A stretch of DNA of 32,000 bases. Source: Staphylothermus marinus F1. Its GTDB lineage: Archaea > Thermoproteota > Thermoprotei_A > Sulfolobales > Desulfurococcaceae. The stretch lies in assembly GCF_000015945.1 (NCBI RefSeq), contig NC_009033.1, forward strand, positions 600,001-632,000, read 5' to 3'. Positions 1 through 8,171 of the stretch are shown here, piece after piece. The notes beneath the pieces were generated by a model. It had not been told where the DNA came from, ran no database searches, and worked only from the letters and a program-made list of their open reading frames with translations. Position numbers and translations under genes: made by a program. Every line of letters begins with the position of its first letter. Positions within the stretch are counted from its first letter, which is position 1.

Positions 1-511
1 TAGAAGCTTTTTTCTCTAAGTATTTCTCTAGCCAGTATAGTCTGTGGAGTGTGAGCATTAATGCATTATAGTTTATATCTACACCTATACAGTTTCGGCC
101 TAGAAGCTTAGCTTCAATACATGTTGTTCCACTACCAATCATTGGGTCAAGTACTGTGTCTCCAGGCATAGTATATTTTTGTATGAGTGCACGAGCCATT
201 TGTGGAGGCCAATTACCACGATAATTTCCGCGGTGAGTAGCCCAAGAACCCCTCTTTGGAAAACTCCAAACAGTAGTGCTTATATCAGTTAATTCTTCTG
301 GGAGAGGATATAAATGCTTCACATGTATAGGTTCCAAACTGATCTTGCTTCCCTCAATCTCTATTACTTTATTATTCTTTAAAAACTCGAGGTAATCTTC
401 ATAAGATACTTTCCTCATGCTAACCACATCATTACTTCTCTGCATTCTGCCATGCTTCATTCCAGGCATACACCTAGAAAACCCCTTTATGCTTCCTAAA
501 ATATATTTCAT
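1..511 (-). CDS. DNA N4/N6-methyltransferase, N-terminal part (gene runs off the left edge of the window)
   Basis: The minus-strand frame is open from 511 to the window edge. The translation ...TTVWSFPKRGSWATHRGNYRGNWPPQMARALIQKYTMPGDTVLDPMIGSGTTCIEAKLLGRNCIGVDIN has AdoMet-binding motif I (DPxxGSGTT) preceded by the W-F..R..H..Y.G..PQ block seen in PF01555-type DNA methylases. The start is ambiguous: in-frame ATGs lie at 511, 469, 460, 445 and 418. A TATA-like CTATATAA just upstream of 511 argues for one of the downstream ATGs. Confidence 0.75.
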   Translation of the reverse strand, partial: MKYILGSIKGFSRCMPGMKHGRMQRSNDVVSMRKVSYEDYLEFLKNNKVIEIEGSKISLEPIHVKHLYPLPEELTDISTTVWSFPKRGSWATHRGNYRGNWPPQMARALIQKYTMPGDTVLDPMIGSGTTCIEAKLLGRNCIGVDINYNALMLTLHRLYWLEKYLEKKAS

Positions 512-686
512 ATATATTATTATATAGTAAATCATATTGATCGTTTGATATGGAGAATAGGTGTTTATTGCTTCTTTATTCTTAATTGTTTGATTAGACA
601 TTGTTTATTTTAACGAAATTTTTATAATATGGATACTGTATAAATGGGGTTAACATTATTATTTATAGGGTAGGAGATTGTTTAGA

Positions 687-2603
687 ATGAATAAGATGCT
701 TGCTTTACTCTTCTTATCTATAATGGTTCTCAGTATATTGGTTATATTTTCAAATAATATAGTTGGTTCAGTAGGGGAAGAAATGGGACCTTATTGGTTC
801 AAGGATTATCATGCTAGGATTTTCAATTATCTATATACTTACTACCATACTTCTAGTATAGCTTTTGCACCGAACGGGGACATTGTTATTGTTGGTGATA
901 CTGATGGTTTTGGTGCTGGAGAAATTGATTCATGGGTTATGAGAGTTAACAAGTGTGGTGAGATAATATGGTATAAAAGCTATGGTGGAGCCAGAGATGA
1001 TATTGTATCCTCTGTAGCTATAGCACCTAATGGAGACATCATAGTTGCTGGTTGGACTGGGAGTTTTATGGAGGATGGAGACTGGGATCTATGGGTTCTC
1101 CGCCTAGATGGGGATGGAAACATAGTTTGGGAGAAAGATTATGGAGGAAGCGTTGATGATGGCTATACAAAGGTTTCATTAGCAATTGATTCATCTGGAG
1201 ACATAATTGTAGCAACATCAACTCTTCAAAGCGATAGCTATGGTTATATGTGGAATAATATGTGGCTTCTACGCTTAGATGGGAATGGCAATGTTATGTG
1301 GGAAAAAACATATGGTGTAGAATCAGATGAGGATTATGCTTACGCTGTAGGTATTGCTCCGAATGGAGACATAATTGTGGGTGGAGAAACAAGGGGGTTC
1401 TATAGGGTAGGAGACACATATGTTTCTGGTGCATGGGTGTTAAGACTTGATCCAAACGGAGATGTTATATGGCAGAAAGTCTATCAAGGACCACAAGCAC
1501 TAGAAAAGATCAGTGGGCTCCTAGTAATGCCCAGCGGAGACATATTAGTTAGTGGTTCAAGAGGGAGTTTAAGCGAGGAAATGTATGGTTGGATCGCGTA
1601 CCTAGATGGAGAAGGCAATGTTAAATGGTCGAAAACATATATTCGAAGCATTGAAGAAGGGGGTTCAATCGATGAACTAGTCCTAGCCCCCAATGGTGAC
1701 ATTATTGGTAGAGACATATATGTTATAGATGTATCACAAAACGGAAGCTTGAAATGGGCTAAGTGGATGATAGATGGACCAATGGTTGGACCCGTAATAT
1801 CCCAAAATGGAATAGCTGCAGTAGCTGGGATAGAAGCAAATGGCTTAGCTATTGGGAGATTCAATATAAGCGATGTAACAGAGTATTCTGGTTGGCACAA
1901 CCCAGACGATCCTGGCTGGGATGGATGGGGCAGTATTAAGCTTAATGTTTACGATGCTGAAACAATTATTGCATCCTCAAATATTGTCCCAGACACATTG
2001 TCTAGTTCAGCGCGTAGCATAGATGTTGAGGTCCATGATGCAGAAGACAATATTACATCTAATACAATATGGTATATAACCTTTCTATCAGAACCACAAA
2101 ACCTCAAGGCAACAGCTGGAAATAACAACATTACTTTAACATGGGATCCACCAATAGATGATGGTGGGTGTAGAATAGTAGAGTATAGAATTTATCGTGG
2201 AACAAACAATAACAACCTAGAATACTATGCATCAGTAAACGGGTCAACAACAACTTTCATAGATAAAAACATTGTATACAGCCAAACATACTATTACAAG
2301 GTAAGCGCAGTAAACAATATAGTTGAAGGACCAAAATCAAACACAGCAAGCGCCACACCAACAAGTTCAACAACTAGCAAAACCAAAACCACAACCCCCA
2401 CAACAACCACAAGCACAACCACTACCAGCACAAACCCAAGCTACACACAAACAACTACATTCCAAACCAGTTCAGAAACAAGCAACACACCAAACAAAAA
2501 CACAAGTCAAAACAATGAAGAATCCCCATACGGAATAGCAATGATCATAACAGCAATCATAATAATCCCAATACTAGCATACATACTAACACGCCTCAAA
2601 TAA
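687..2603 (+). CDS. Cell-surface protein: N-terminal signal/anchor, 6-7 beta-propeller-type repeats, FN3 domain, Thr/Ser-rich stalk, C-terminal TM anchor
   Basis: The ORF is 678..2603 and I prefer the ATG at 687 (MNKMLALLFLSIMVLSILVIF, hydrophobic). There are six clear repeats of about 52-58 aa of the form (I/V)APNGDIIV.G...G....D.W(V/L)LRLD.(N/D)G...W.K.YG, spanning nt about 860-1850. An FN3-like segment follows (PQNLKATAGNNNITLTWDPP...YRIYRG...YYYKVSAVN). The T/S/P-rich low-complexity stalk covers nt about 2350-2520. The terminal hydrophobic helix is IAMIITAIIIIPILAYILTRLK. Confidence 0.85.
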   Translation: MNKMLALLFLSIMVLSILVIFSNNIVGSVGEEMGPYWFKDYHARIFNYLYTYYHTSSIAFAPNGDIVIVGDTDGFGAGEIDSWVMRVNKCGEIIWYKSYGGARDDIVSSVAIAPNGDIIVAGWTGSFMEDGDWDLWVLRLDGDGNIVWEKDYGGSVDDGYTKVSLAIDSSGDIIVATSTLQSDSYGYMWNNMWLLRLDGNGNVMWEKTYGVESDEDYAYAVGIAPNGDIIVGGETRGFYRVGDTYVSGAWVLRLDPNGDVIWQKVYQGPQALEKISGLLVMPSGDILVSGSRGSLSEEMYGWIAYLDGEGNVKWSKTYIRSIEEGGSIDELVLAPNGDIIGRDIYVIDVSQNGSLKWAKWMIDGPMVGPVISQNGIAAVAGIEANGLAIGRFNISDVTEYSGWHNPDDPGWDGWGSIKLNVYDAETIIASSNIVPDTLSSSARSIDVEVHDAEDNITSNTIWYITFLSEPQNLKATAGNNNITLTWDPPIDDGGCRIVEYRIYRGTNNNNLEYYASVNGSTTTFIDKNIVYSQTYYYKVSAVNNIVEGPKSNTASATPTSSTTSKTKTTTPTTTTSTTTTSTNPSYTQTTTFQTSSETSNTPNKNTSQNNEESPYGIAMIITAIIIIPILAYILTRLK

Positions 2604-2740
2604 CAAAAACAAAAACCACCGAAAACAAACAAATAAACACCAAGCCTTTTTACAACACACCAACAATTCCCTACACCCGTCCAACCTATCACACAGTTCA
2701 TCTCTCAATTCATTTCATTTAATACATAATTGAAAATAAC

Positions 2741-3023
2741 CTTCCAATTCTTTCTATGTTGTTACTTAGCTGCAAGCTTCTTAGCATTGCTGGGACAGGT
2801 CTGCTTTCAATTCTTTCTGTGTTGTTACATCGCAGGGGCAGTTCTAGGAACCATTGTCCCCGGTATCCTTTCAATTCTTTCTGTGTTGCTACATATGAGA
2901 ATAAGAGCTTCGAGGACATAGATAGAGAAAGAATCTTTCAATTCTTTCTGTGTTGCTACCCCCAAGGAATCGTTAAGTGCTTTCTGGGCAAACACTAGCT
3001 TTCAATTCTTTCTGTGTTGCTAC
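2741..3023 (-). CRISPR. Small CRISPR array: 5 repeats of 25 nt, 4 spacers (38, 39, 42, 39 nt)
   Basis: Repeats lie at 2741-2765, 2804-2828, 2868-2892, 2935-2959 and 2999-3023. The plus-strand consensus is CTTTCAATTCTTTCTGTGTTGCTAC. The three right-hand repeats are identical, 2804-2828 has 1 mismatch and 2741-2765 has 3 mismatches, so degeneration points to the trailer end. The reverse complement GTAGCAACACAGAAAGAATTGAAAG ends in ATTGAAAG, the canonical 8-nt crRNA 5' handle. The array is therefore transcribed on the minus strand with its leader to the right. Confidence 0.93.
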
Positions 3024-3200
3024 ATTGGTTCGAATACGTTGTTACGTTTATATTTTATTTTCGAAATGTTATATATGTTTTTCCATATTTGATCCCTAAT
3101 TTATCGTGTTCGACTAGTTTTCTATTGGTTTAATAGTATCTTTGAGGTATTGACGGGTTTGTATAATGAAAAACATTCGACTAGTTTCCATTGGTTTTGT
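3024..3200 (-). promoter_or_regulatory. Putative CRISPR leader with a TATA-like box and a pair of 22-23 nt direct repeats
   Basis: This AT-rich non-coding stretch abuts the undegenerated repeat. On the minus strand, AATATAAA (3047-3054) sits about 24 nt upstream of the first repeat. Direct repeats TTCGACTAGTTTTCTATTGGTTT (3109-3131) and TTCGACTAGTTTCCATTGGTTTT (3176-3198) are also present. The full intergenic region extends to 3459. Confidence 0.5.
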
Positions 3201-3459
3201 ATGTGTTTTTCTTGGATGTTGCTGTTCTAGATATTATCTAATGATTTTAGTGGCTATGATTTTTTGAGGCGATATGTGTTAAAATTCCAAGATATAAGCA
3301 GTGGTTTAGTTGTTGTGTTTTTATTTTTGTTTTTGGGCTGTTCTTTTTCTTATTTAGTTATTGTTTTAATTATTCTATGATAGATATATTAAGATGTATA
3401 AGTATACATAATTATGAGTCTTGTAAATATGATAAAACTGTTCTTATTGGGGAGTTAGT

Positions 3460-5442
3460 ATGTCTAATTCTGATAATGGACATGGGATTTCTCATAAGCA
3501 CCATGATCATGCTACTATGATTGCTGATTATTGGAGGAGATTCATTATATCAACGGTGTTGACGGTTCCAATTATTTTATTATCTCCTAGTTTGCAGGGA
3601 TTTATAGGGTTTAGCATTGATTTTCCAGGTAGATTGTTTATATTATGGTTTATCTCCTCTATTGTCTACATATATGGTGGCAAACCTTTTCTAATAGGGT
3701 TATTCAATGAGATTAGGAATAGATTACCTGGAATGATGACTCTTATAGGTGTAGCTATAAGTGTAGCTTACGCGTATAGTACATTGGTCACATTTATTAT
3801 TCCGGGTAAAACGTTTTTCTGGGAAATAGCCACTCTTATCGATGTTATGCTTCTCGGACACTGGATTGAAATGAAAAGCATTCTCGGCGCTTCAAAAGCT
3901 GTAGAGAACTTGGTTAAGGCTATGCCAAGCACTGCACATTTAGTAAGACCTGACGGCTCAGTTGTTGAAGTACATGTTTCACATGTTAGAGTTGGAGATA
4001 GAGTACTTGTTAGGCCTGGTGAGAAAATACCTGTTGATGGAGTAGTGGTTGATGGAAGCTCGAGTGTGGATGAATCACTTGTTACTGGTGAATCTAAACC
4101 TGTCTATAAAACTGTGGGTTCGAAGGTAATTGCTGGTACAGTGAATCTTGATGGTTCATTAATTGTTGAGGCTAGAGCTGTTGGGAAGAATACTTATTTA
4201 TCTCAAGTTGTCAAATTGATACAGACTATTCAAGCGAGTAGGTCTAGGCTTCAAGATATAGCTGATCGTGTTGCTAAGTGGTTGACGATAATAGCTTTAT
4301 CAATAGGCTCAGTAACATTTGTTGTTTGGCTCCTATATATTGGTGACTCAGTATTTGCATTGGAGAGAGCAGTCACTGTAATGGTTATAACTTGTCCACA
4401 TGCTTTAGGATTAGCTATTCCACTAGTGATTGCTAGATCAACAGCGTTAACCGCTAGTAAAGGCATACTAGTAAGGAATAGATCGGTTTTTGAGAGAACC
4501 TATAAAGTAAATACTGTTGTAATGGATAAAACAGGTACTTTAACTAAGGGAAAACCTGTTGTTGTAGAAATAGTTCCTATTAAGAAGGGTTATGATGAGA
4601 AAAAAGTTCTTCAATTAGCGGCTAGTTTGGAAAAACACAGCAGTCATCCATTAGCGGAAGCCATAGTTAAGCATGGTGAAAAGCTCGGGGTTCAGCTACT
4701 GCGTGTTGAAAACTTTAAAAATATACCGGGAGTAGGGGTAGAAGGAGTAATTGATAATGAAAGAATAGTTATTGCTTCTCCACGGTATGTTGAGGAGGAG
4801 ATCAAGGAGATACCTGTGGAAGCAGAGAAATATGTGAAAGAAGGCTACACTATAATTTTTGTAATTGTTAACAATGAAATAGTTGGCACAATAATTTTAG
4901 ATGATGAAATAAGGGAGGAATCGAGAGAAGCAGTTAGAGAGTTAAAGAATAGAGGAATCAAAGTAGTTATGTTAACAGGTGATGCAAGAAACGTTGCTGT
5001 AAGAGTTGCTAAGGAACTAGGCATAAACGAATACTATGCAGAGGTCCTGCCTCATCAAAAAGCAGAAATAATTCATAAGCTACGGGAGGAGGGGAGAGTA
5101 GTAGCAATGGTTGGTGACGGAGTAAATGATGCACCTGCACTTATCGAGGCAGATGTGGGAATAGCTATTGGGGCAGGTACGGATATAGCGATAGAATCAG
5201 CAGACATAATCCTAGTCAAAAATGATCCTAGAGACGTTGTTCAAGTAATTGATTTATCTAAGAAAACCTATAAGAAGATCAAGCAGAACCTATTATGGGC
5301 TGTTGGATACAATGTATTCGCAATACCTGCTGCAGCAGGTGTTCTCTACTTTATAGGATTCCTCCTACCACCAGCAATCGGAGCATTACTCATGTCGGCT
5401 AGCACAGTAATTGTAGCCGTAAACGCTTCAACTCTAAAATAA
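3460..5442 (+). CDS. copB: Heavy-metal P1B-type ATPase, CopB-like (P1B-3, CPH motif, His-rich N-terminus)
   Basis: 660 aa. Features are the His-rich start [21 protein letters not shown], the TM motif [10 protein letters not shown], the phosphorylation site DKTGTLT, SSHPLA (HP motif), GDGVNDAP, and [12 protein letters not shown] in the last TM helix. GGGGAG lies upstream of the ATG. Confidence 0.9.
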   Translation: MSNSDNGHGISHKHHDHATMIADYWRRFIISTVLTVPIILLSPSLQGFIGFSIDFPGRLFILWFISSIVYIYGGKPFLIGLFNEIRNRLPGMMTLIGVAISVAYAYSTLVTFIIPGKTFFWEIATLIDVMLLGHWIEMKSILGASKAVENLVKAMPSTAHLVRPDGSVVEVHVSHVRVGDRVLVRPGEKIPVDGVVVDGSSSVDESLVTGESKPVYKTVGSKVIAGTVNLDGSLIVEARAVGKNTYLSQVVKLIQTIQASRSRLQDIADRVAKWLTIIALSIGSVTFVVWLLYIGDSVFALERAVTVMVITCPHALGLAIPLVIARSTALTASKGILVRNRSVFERTYKVNTVVMDKTGTLTKGKPVVVEIVPIKKGYDEKKVLQLAASLEKHSSHPLAEAIVKHGEKLGVQLLRVENFKNIPGVGVEGVIDNERIVIASPRYVEEEIKEIPVEAEKYVKEGYTIIFVIVNNEIVGTIILDDEIREESREAVRELKNRGIKVVMLTGDARNVAVRVAKELGINEYYAEVLPHQKAEIIHKLREEGRVVAMVGDGVNDAPALIEADVGIAIGAGTDIAIESADIILVKNDPRDVVQVIDLSKKTYKKIKQNLLWAVGYNVFAIPAAAGVLYFIGFLLPPAIGALLMSASTVIVAVNASTLK

Positions 5443-5581
5443 CTTTTTCTAGCAAAGCCTTCACATTGTATAGAGCTCGAAGCATTCCTATATAATCCAG
5501 GGATCATATTTTATTTGGTCTTGGTGTTTTCCAGAAACATTGTTAAGGATTGAAACAACTATAGTTTAGTAGGTGCTGTTA

Positions 5582-6889
5582 ATGTGTGATATACTAGTTG
5601 TAACACCCAGCGCTTCTAAGAATAAGTTAATGTTGTTCGGTAAGAATAGTGATAGAGATCCTAACGAAGCTCAGGTTGTTGAGATAATTCCTCGGACAAG
5701 ACACGAGGAGGAATATGTTAAGCTCACCAATATGGTGTATCCACAAGTTAAAGAAACATATGCTGTTCTCATATCTAAGCCTTGGTGGATCTATGGGGCG
5801 GAAATGGGTGTTAACGAATACGGGGTTGTGATCGGGAATGTTGCTGTTTTTACTAAGGAGCCTTATCGAGAAAAAGGAATGTTGGGAATGGATATGCTTA
5901 GATTAGCATTGGAGAGAACAAGGTCTGCAAGAGAAGCTCTCAAGTTCTTGATCAAGTTGGTTGAGGAGGTTGGGCAGGGAGGAAATTATTCTTATGAGAA
6001 AAAGTTCAGATACCATAATTCATTCATCATAGCTGATCGAAGCGAAGCATGGGTATTGGAAACTGCAGGTATTTACTGGTCTGCTAAGAGAATAAGGGAT
6101 TTCTACACAATCTCTAACGCGTTAACGATACGTAACGATTGGGATATTGCTCACGATGAACTAGTTAAGCACGGTGTATCAAAACATGGGTGTAGTAGGG
6201 ATAATTTCAGCTTTGCAGACTGCTACTCAGATAAAATATATACACGACTAGTACATGGTAGGGAGAGGAGAACAACTACCTTTAAATACTTAGCATCAAA
6301 AACCGGCGAGATCACGGTATGGGATATTATGAGTATTCTTCGAAGCCATAGTCTTGAACCATACAATCCCGCGAAAGGCTCAATGAAAGATATCTGTATG
6401 CATTATGGTGGATTACTTAGACCATCACAGACAGCATCCTCAATGATAACAATGATCAAAGAAAACAGAATACTTAACCTAATAACAGGAACATCTAATC
6501 CATGCTTATCAATATATAAACCAGTAATCTTAGACATTAAATTACCATTTAACCTAGCCAATACAACGAACAAATATGATCCAGAAAATTATTGGTGGAA
6601 ACAAGAAAAACTACACAGAAAACTTCAGCTCTGCTATACGGAGCTCGCGCACAGCTATAGAGAAGAAATAATGAAAATTGAGAAGAAATACTTGGAGGAA
6701 ACAATATATTTATTCTTGAAGAACTCTCTTACCGCTGAGAAAACAACTAGTATCTTAAATGAAATGTACGGAGAAGAAGTAAGAATATATAATAAGTGGA
6801 TATCAATGCTTATGAAAACTAAGTGCAGAGCACCAATAATGTATAGATTCAGAATTAAGAGAATTAATCGAAAAGCTGGGATAAACTAA
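5582..6889 (+). CDS. Peptidase C69 / secernin-like Ntn-hydrolase (dipeptidase family)
   Basis: The ORF is 5573..6889. The ATG at 5582 gives MCDILVV...LFGKNSDRDPNEAQVVEIIP, which matches the secernin/C69 N-terminal signature (nucleophile Cys directly after Met, and FGKNSDR...E.Q). SD-like TAGGTG lies 7 nt upstream of 5582. Confidence 0.8.
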   Translation: MCDILVVTPSASKNKLMLFGKNSDRDPNEAQVVEIIPRTRHEEEYVKLTNMVYPQVKETYAVLISKPWWIYGAEMGVNEYGVVIGNVAVFTKEPYREKGMLGMDMLRLALERTRSAREALKFLIKLVEEVGQGGNYSYEKKFRYHNSFIIADRSEAWVLETAGIYWSAKRIRDFYTISNALTIRNDWDIAHDELVKHGVSKHGCSRDNFSFADCYSDKIYTRLVHGRERRTTTFKYLASKTGEITVWDIMSILRSHSLEPYNPAKGSMKDICMHYGGLLRPSQTASSMITMIKENRILNLITGTSNPCLSIYKPVILDIKLPFNLANTTNKYDPENYWWKQEKLHRKLQLCYTELAHSYREEIMKIEKKYLEETIYLFLKNSLTAEKTTSILNEMYGEEVRIYNKWISMLMKTKCRAPIMYRFRIKRINRKAGIN

Positions 6890-6967
6890 TATAAGCACTA
6901 TAATTATAAATATCTATACAACAAATATTTTCTTAATATCCCACTTCTAAAGCTAGGGTGAATAAAT

Positions 6968-7420
6968 GTGTCAGATAATGATATCTTAGAATTCGCTAAA
7001 AACCTTGTAAAAGTCGAGAAAGAATATGCTAAGAGATTAGAGAAAACAGCTAAGAATGCTGAGAACCTCGCTGTGAAAGCTATTATTGAAGCAATATCTA
7101 TGGATTCTCAGAAACATTCACTACTATATAAAGCTATAGCGGAAGGGTTGGAAAACATAGATTATTTAACGAAGCCTGAAACTGAAGCATTGCTTGGAGA
7201 AATAGAATATCATATTCAGACCGAAGCGGAGTTTATAAGAGAATTAGAGAGCAAGATTAAGACTTGTGAAAATGAGAGTGTTAAGTTCATATTAAATTCT
7301 ATATTAAAGGATGAAATATATCATCACACATTATTGAGGTATATAAAAGAGTTTATTCAACGAAAAGTGAAGGCCTTAGACGAGAATCTATGGAAAATAA
7401 TATGGGAATCTATTAAGTAG
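6968..7420 (+). CDS. Small four-helix ferritin-like/rubrerythrin-like superfamily protein (tentative)
   Basis: 150 aa with a GTG start preceded by AGGGTGA. It is predicted to be all-helical, with paired carboxylate/His motifs (EKEY..., DSQKH, TEAEF, KDEIYHH) resembling diiron ferritin-like folds. The function is not established. Confidence 0.45.
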   Translation: MSDNDILEFAKNLVKVEKEYAKRLEKTAKNAENLAVKAIIEAISMDSQKHSLLYKAIAEGLENIDYLTKPETEALLGEIEYHIQTEAEFIRELESKIKTCENESVKFILNSILKDEIYHHTLLRYIKEFIQRKVKALDENLWKIIWESIK

Positions 7421-7433
7421 GTAATTCATATAG

Positions 7434-7447
7434 TTTTTTTCTTTCTT
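7434..7447. terminator. Oligo-T tract between convergent genes (archaeal-type terminator candidate)
   Basis: TTTTTTTCTTTCTT lies 14 nt after the stop of the 6968..7420 gene and directly before the 3' end of the convergent 7454..7987 gene. Confidence 0.35.
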
Positions 7448-7453
7448 ATTTAT

Positions 7454-7987
7454 TTATACTTCTTTTATCATATCCAATATGTTTGTATAACCTATTTCTT
7501 TAGAGTATTTGGAAATTATTTTCTCCATATTCTCAAGTATATCATTAACATTATAGTTTTGTTCCTTATAGATAACTGCTTGTATATATGTAGCTATTCT
7601 ATCGCTTAATTTAGCAATTCTAGACTCCATTGTTTCTTGTTTCAAGAACTCTTCGAGAAGACTCCTTATTAGTTTAGAGCGAAACATTTTTCCCACTAAT
7701 TTCTTTTCCACAGCGGTCTTACAATTCTCCAGCTCTTTATCAATATTGGATGGTATATCTCCAATATACGCCTCTATGAGGTCATGGGTTAAAGTTATAG
7801 CTACTACTCTATAAGGATCTATATCTATTCCTTTCTCCACTAATTTCTCAGATAACACTAATGAAACGATTGCTGCAACAAATGTATGTTGAGAAACTGT
7901 CTCCGCTAAACATCTCGGCACTCCCCGAATCATCCAACCCGTTCTTACAAGATTATTTAATATAGCTACTAGATTCTTTAGCTCCAC
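7454..7987 (-). CDS. HD-domain phosphohydrolase (YfbR-like 5'-deoxynucleotidase family)
   Basis: 177 aa. LVRTGWMIRGVP...ETVSQHTF and LTHDLIEAYIGDIP correspond to the H...HD...D metal ligands of the HD_3/YfbR family. Confidence 0.75.
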   Translation of the reverse strand: MELKNLVAILNNLVRTGWMIRGVPRCLAETVSQHTFVAAIVSLVLSEKLVEKGIDIDPYRVVAITLTHDLIEAYIGDIPSNIDKELENCKTAVEKKLVGKMFRSKLIRSLLEEFLKQETMESRIAKLSDRIATYIQAVIYKEQNYNVNDILENMEKIISKYSKEIGYTNILDMIKEV

Positions 7988-8171
7988 TCCTTGCCAGCCT
8001 CATTTGCTAATGATGAATTTATGTAATATTGTAATTGTTTCTCATATATTTTTCATCAATATATATTTAAGAGCTTATATGTTATAGCTAAGGTTGAATA
8101 GTTTTGATTATTTCGTGAAGCATTTATCTCCTTTAATAATGAACTAATAATGGATTCTCGGTGAAAGTATT

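Noticed and set aside
1484-1900. Antisense or alternative-frame ORFs inside long genes (e.g. 1484..1900, 4251..4466, 8444..8701, 9146..9508, 12118..12432, 12460..12864, 16812..17159, 17712..17990, 19281..19598, 23695..23946, 24388..24687, 27878..28252, 28703..29050, 31153..31530)
   Set aside because: Each lies wholly within a much longer ORF that has clear family motifs on the other strand or frame. Their products are low-complexity Ser/Leu/Ile-rich and I recognise no motifs in them.
2323-2538. 71-aa Gln/Pro/Lys-rich ORF in an alternative frame
   Set aside because: It is an artefact of the ACA/ACC-rich Thr-stalk coding region of the surface protein.
2719-2998. Three tracked ORFs (2719..2919 minus, 2730..2921 plus, 2756..2998 plus) with internally repeated peptides such as FQFFLCCY
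   Set aside because: They are translations of the CRISPR repeats and spacers. The peptide periodicity simply mirrors the 63-67 nt repeat-spacer unit.
2605-3350. A/C-rich sequence left of the CRISPR array (2605-2645) and G/T-rich sequence right of it (about 3305-3350), considered as an imperfect inverted repeat. Also the shared CGCCTCAAA near 2590-2600 and 3262-3275, considered as a relic of an inverted paralogous surface-protein gene
   Set aside because: The similarity is low-complexity and needs many gaps. The minus-strand translation of the right arm lacks a TM anchor and quickly hits stops.
5542-5556. GTTAAGGATTGAAAC, resembling the 3' end of a CRISPR repeat
   Set aside because: It is a single occurrence, differs from the local repeat, and has no periodic partner.
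8009-8016. AATGATGA C-box-like motif in the HD/ATPase intergenic region
   Set aside because: No CUGA D or D' box lies at appropriate spacing on either strand.
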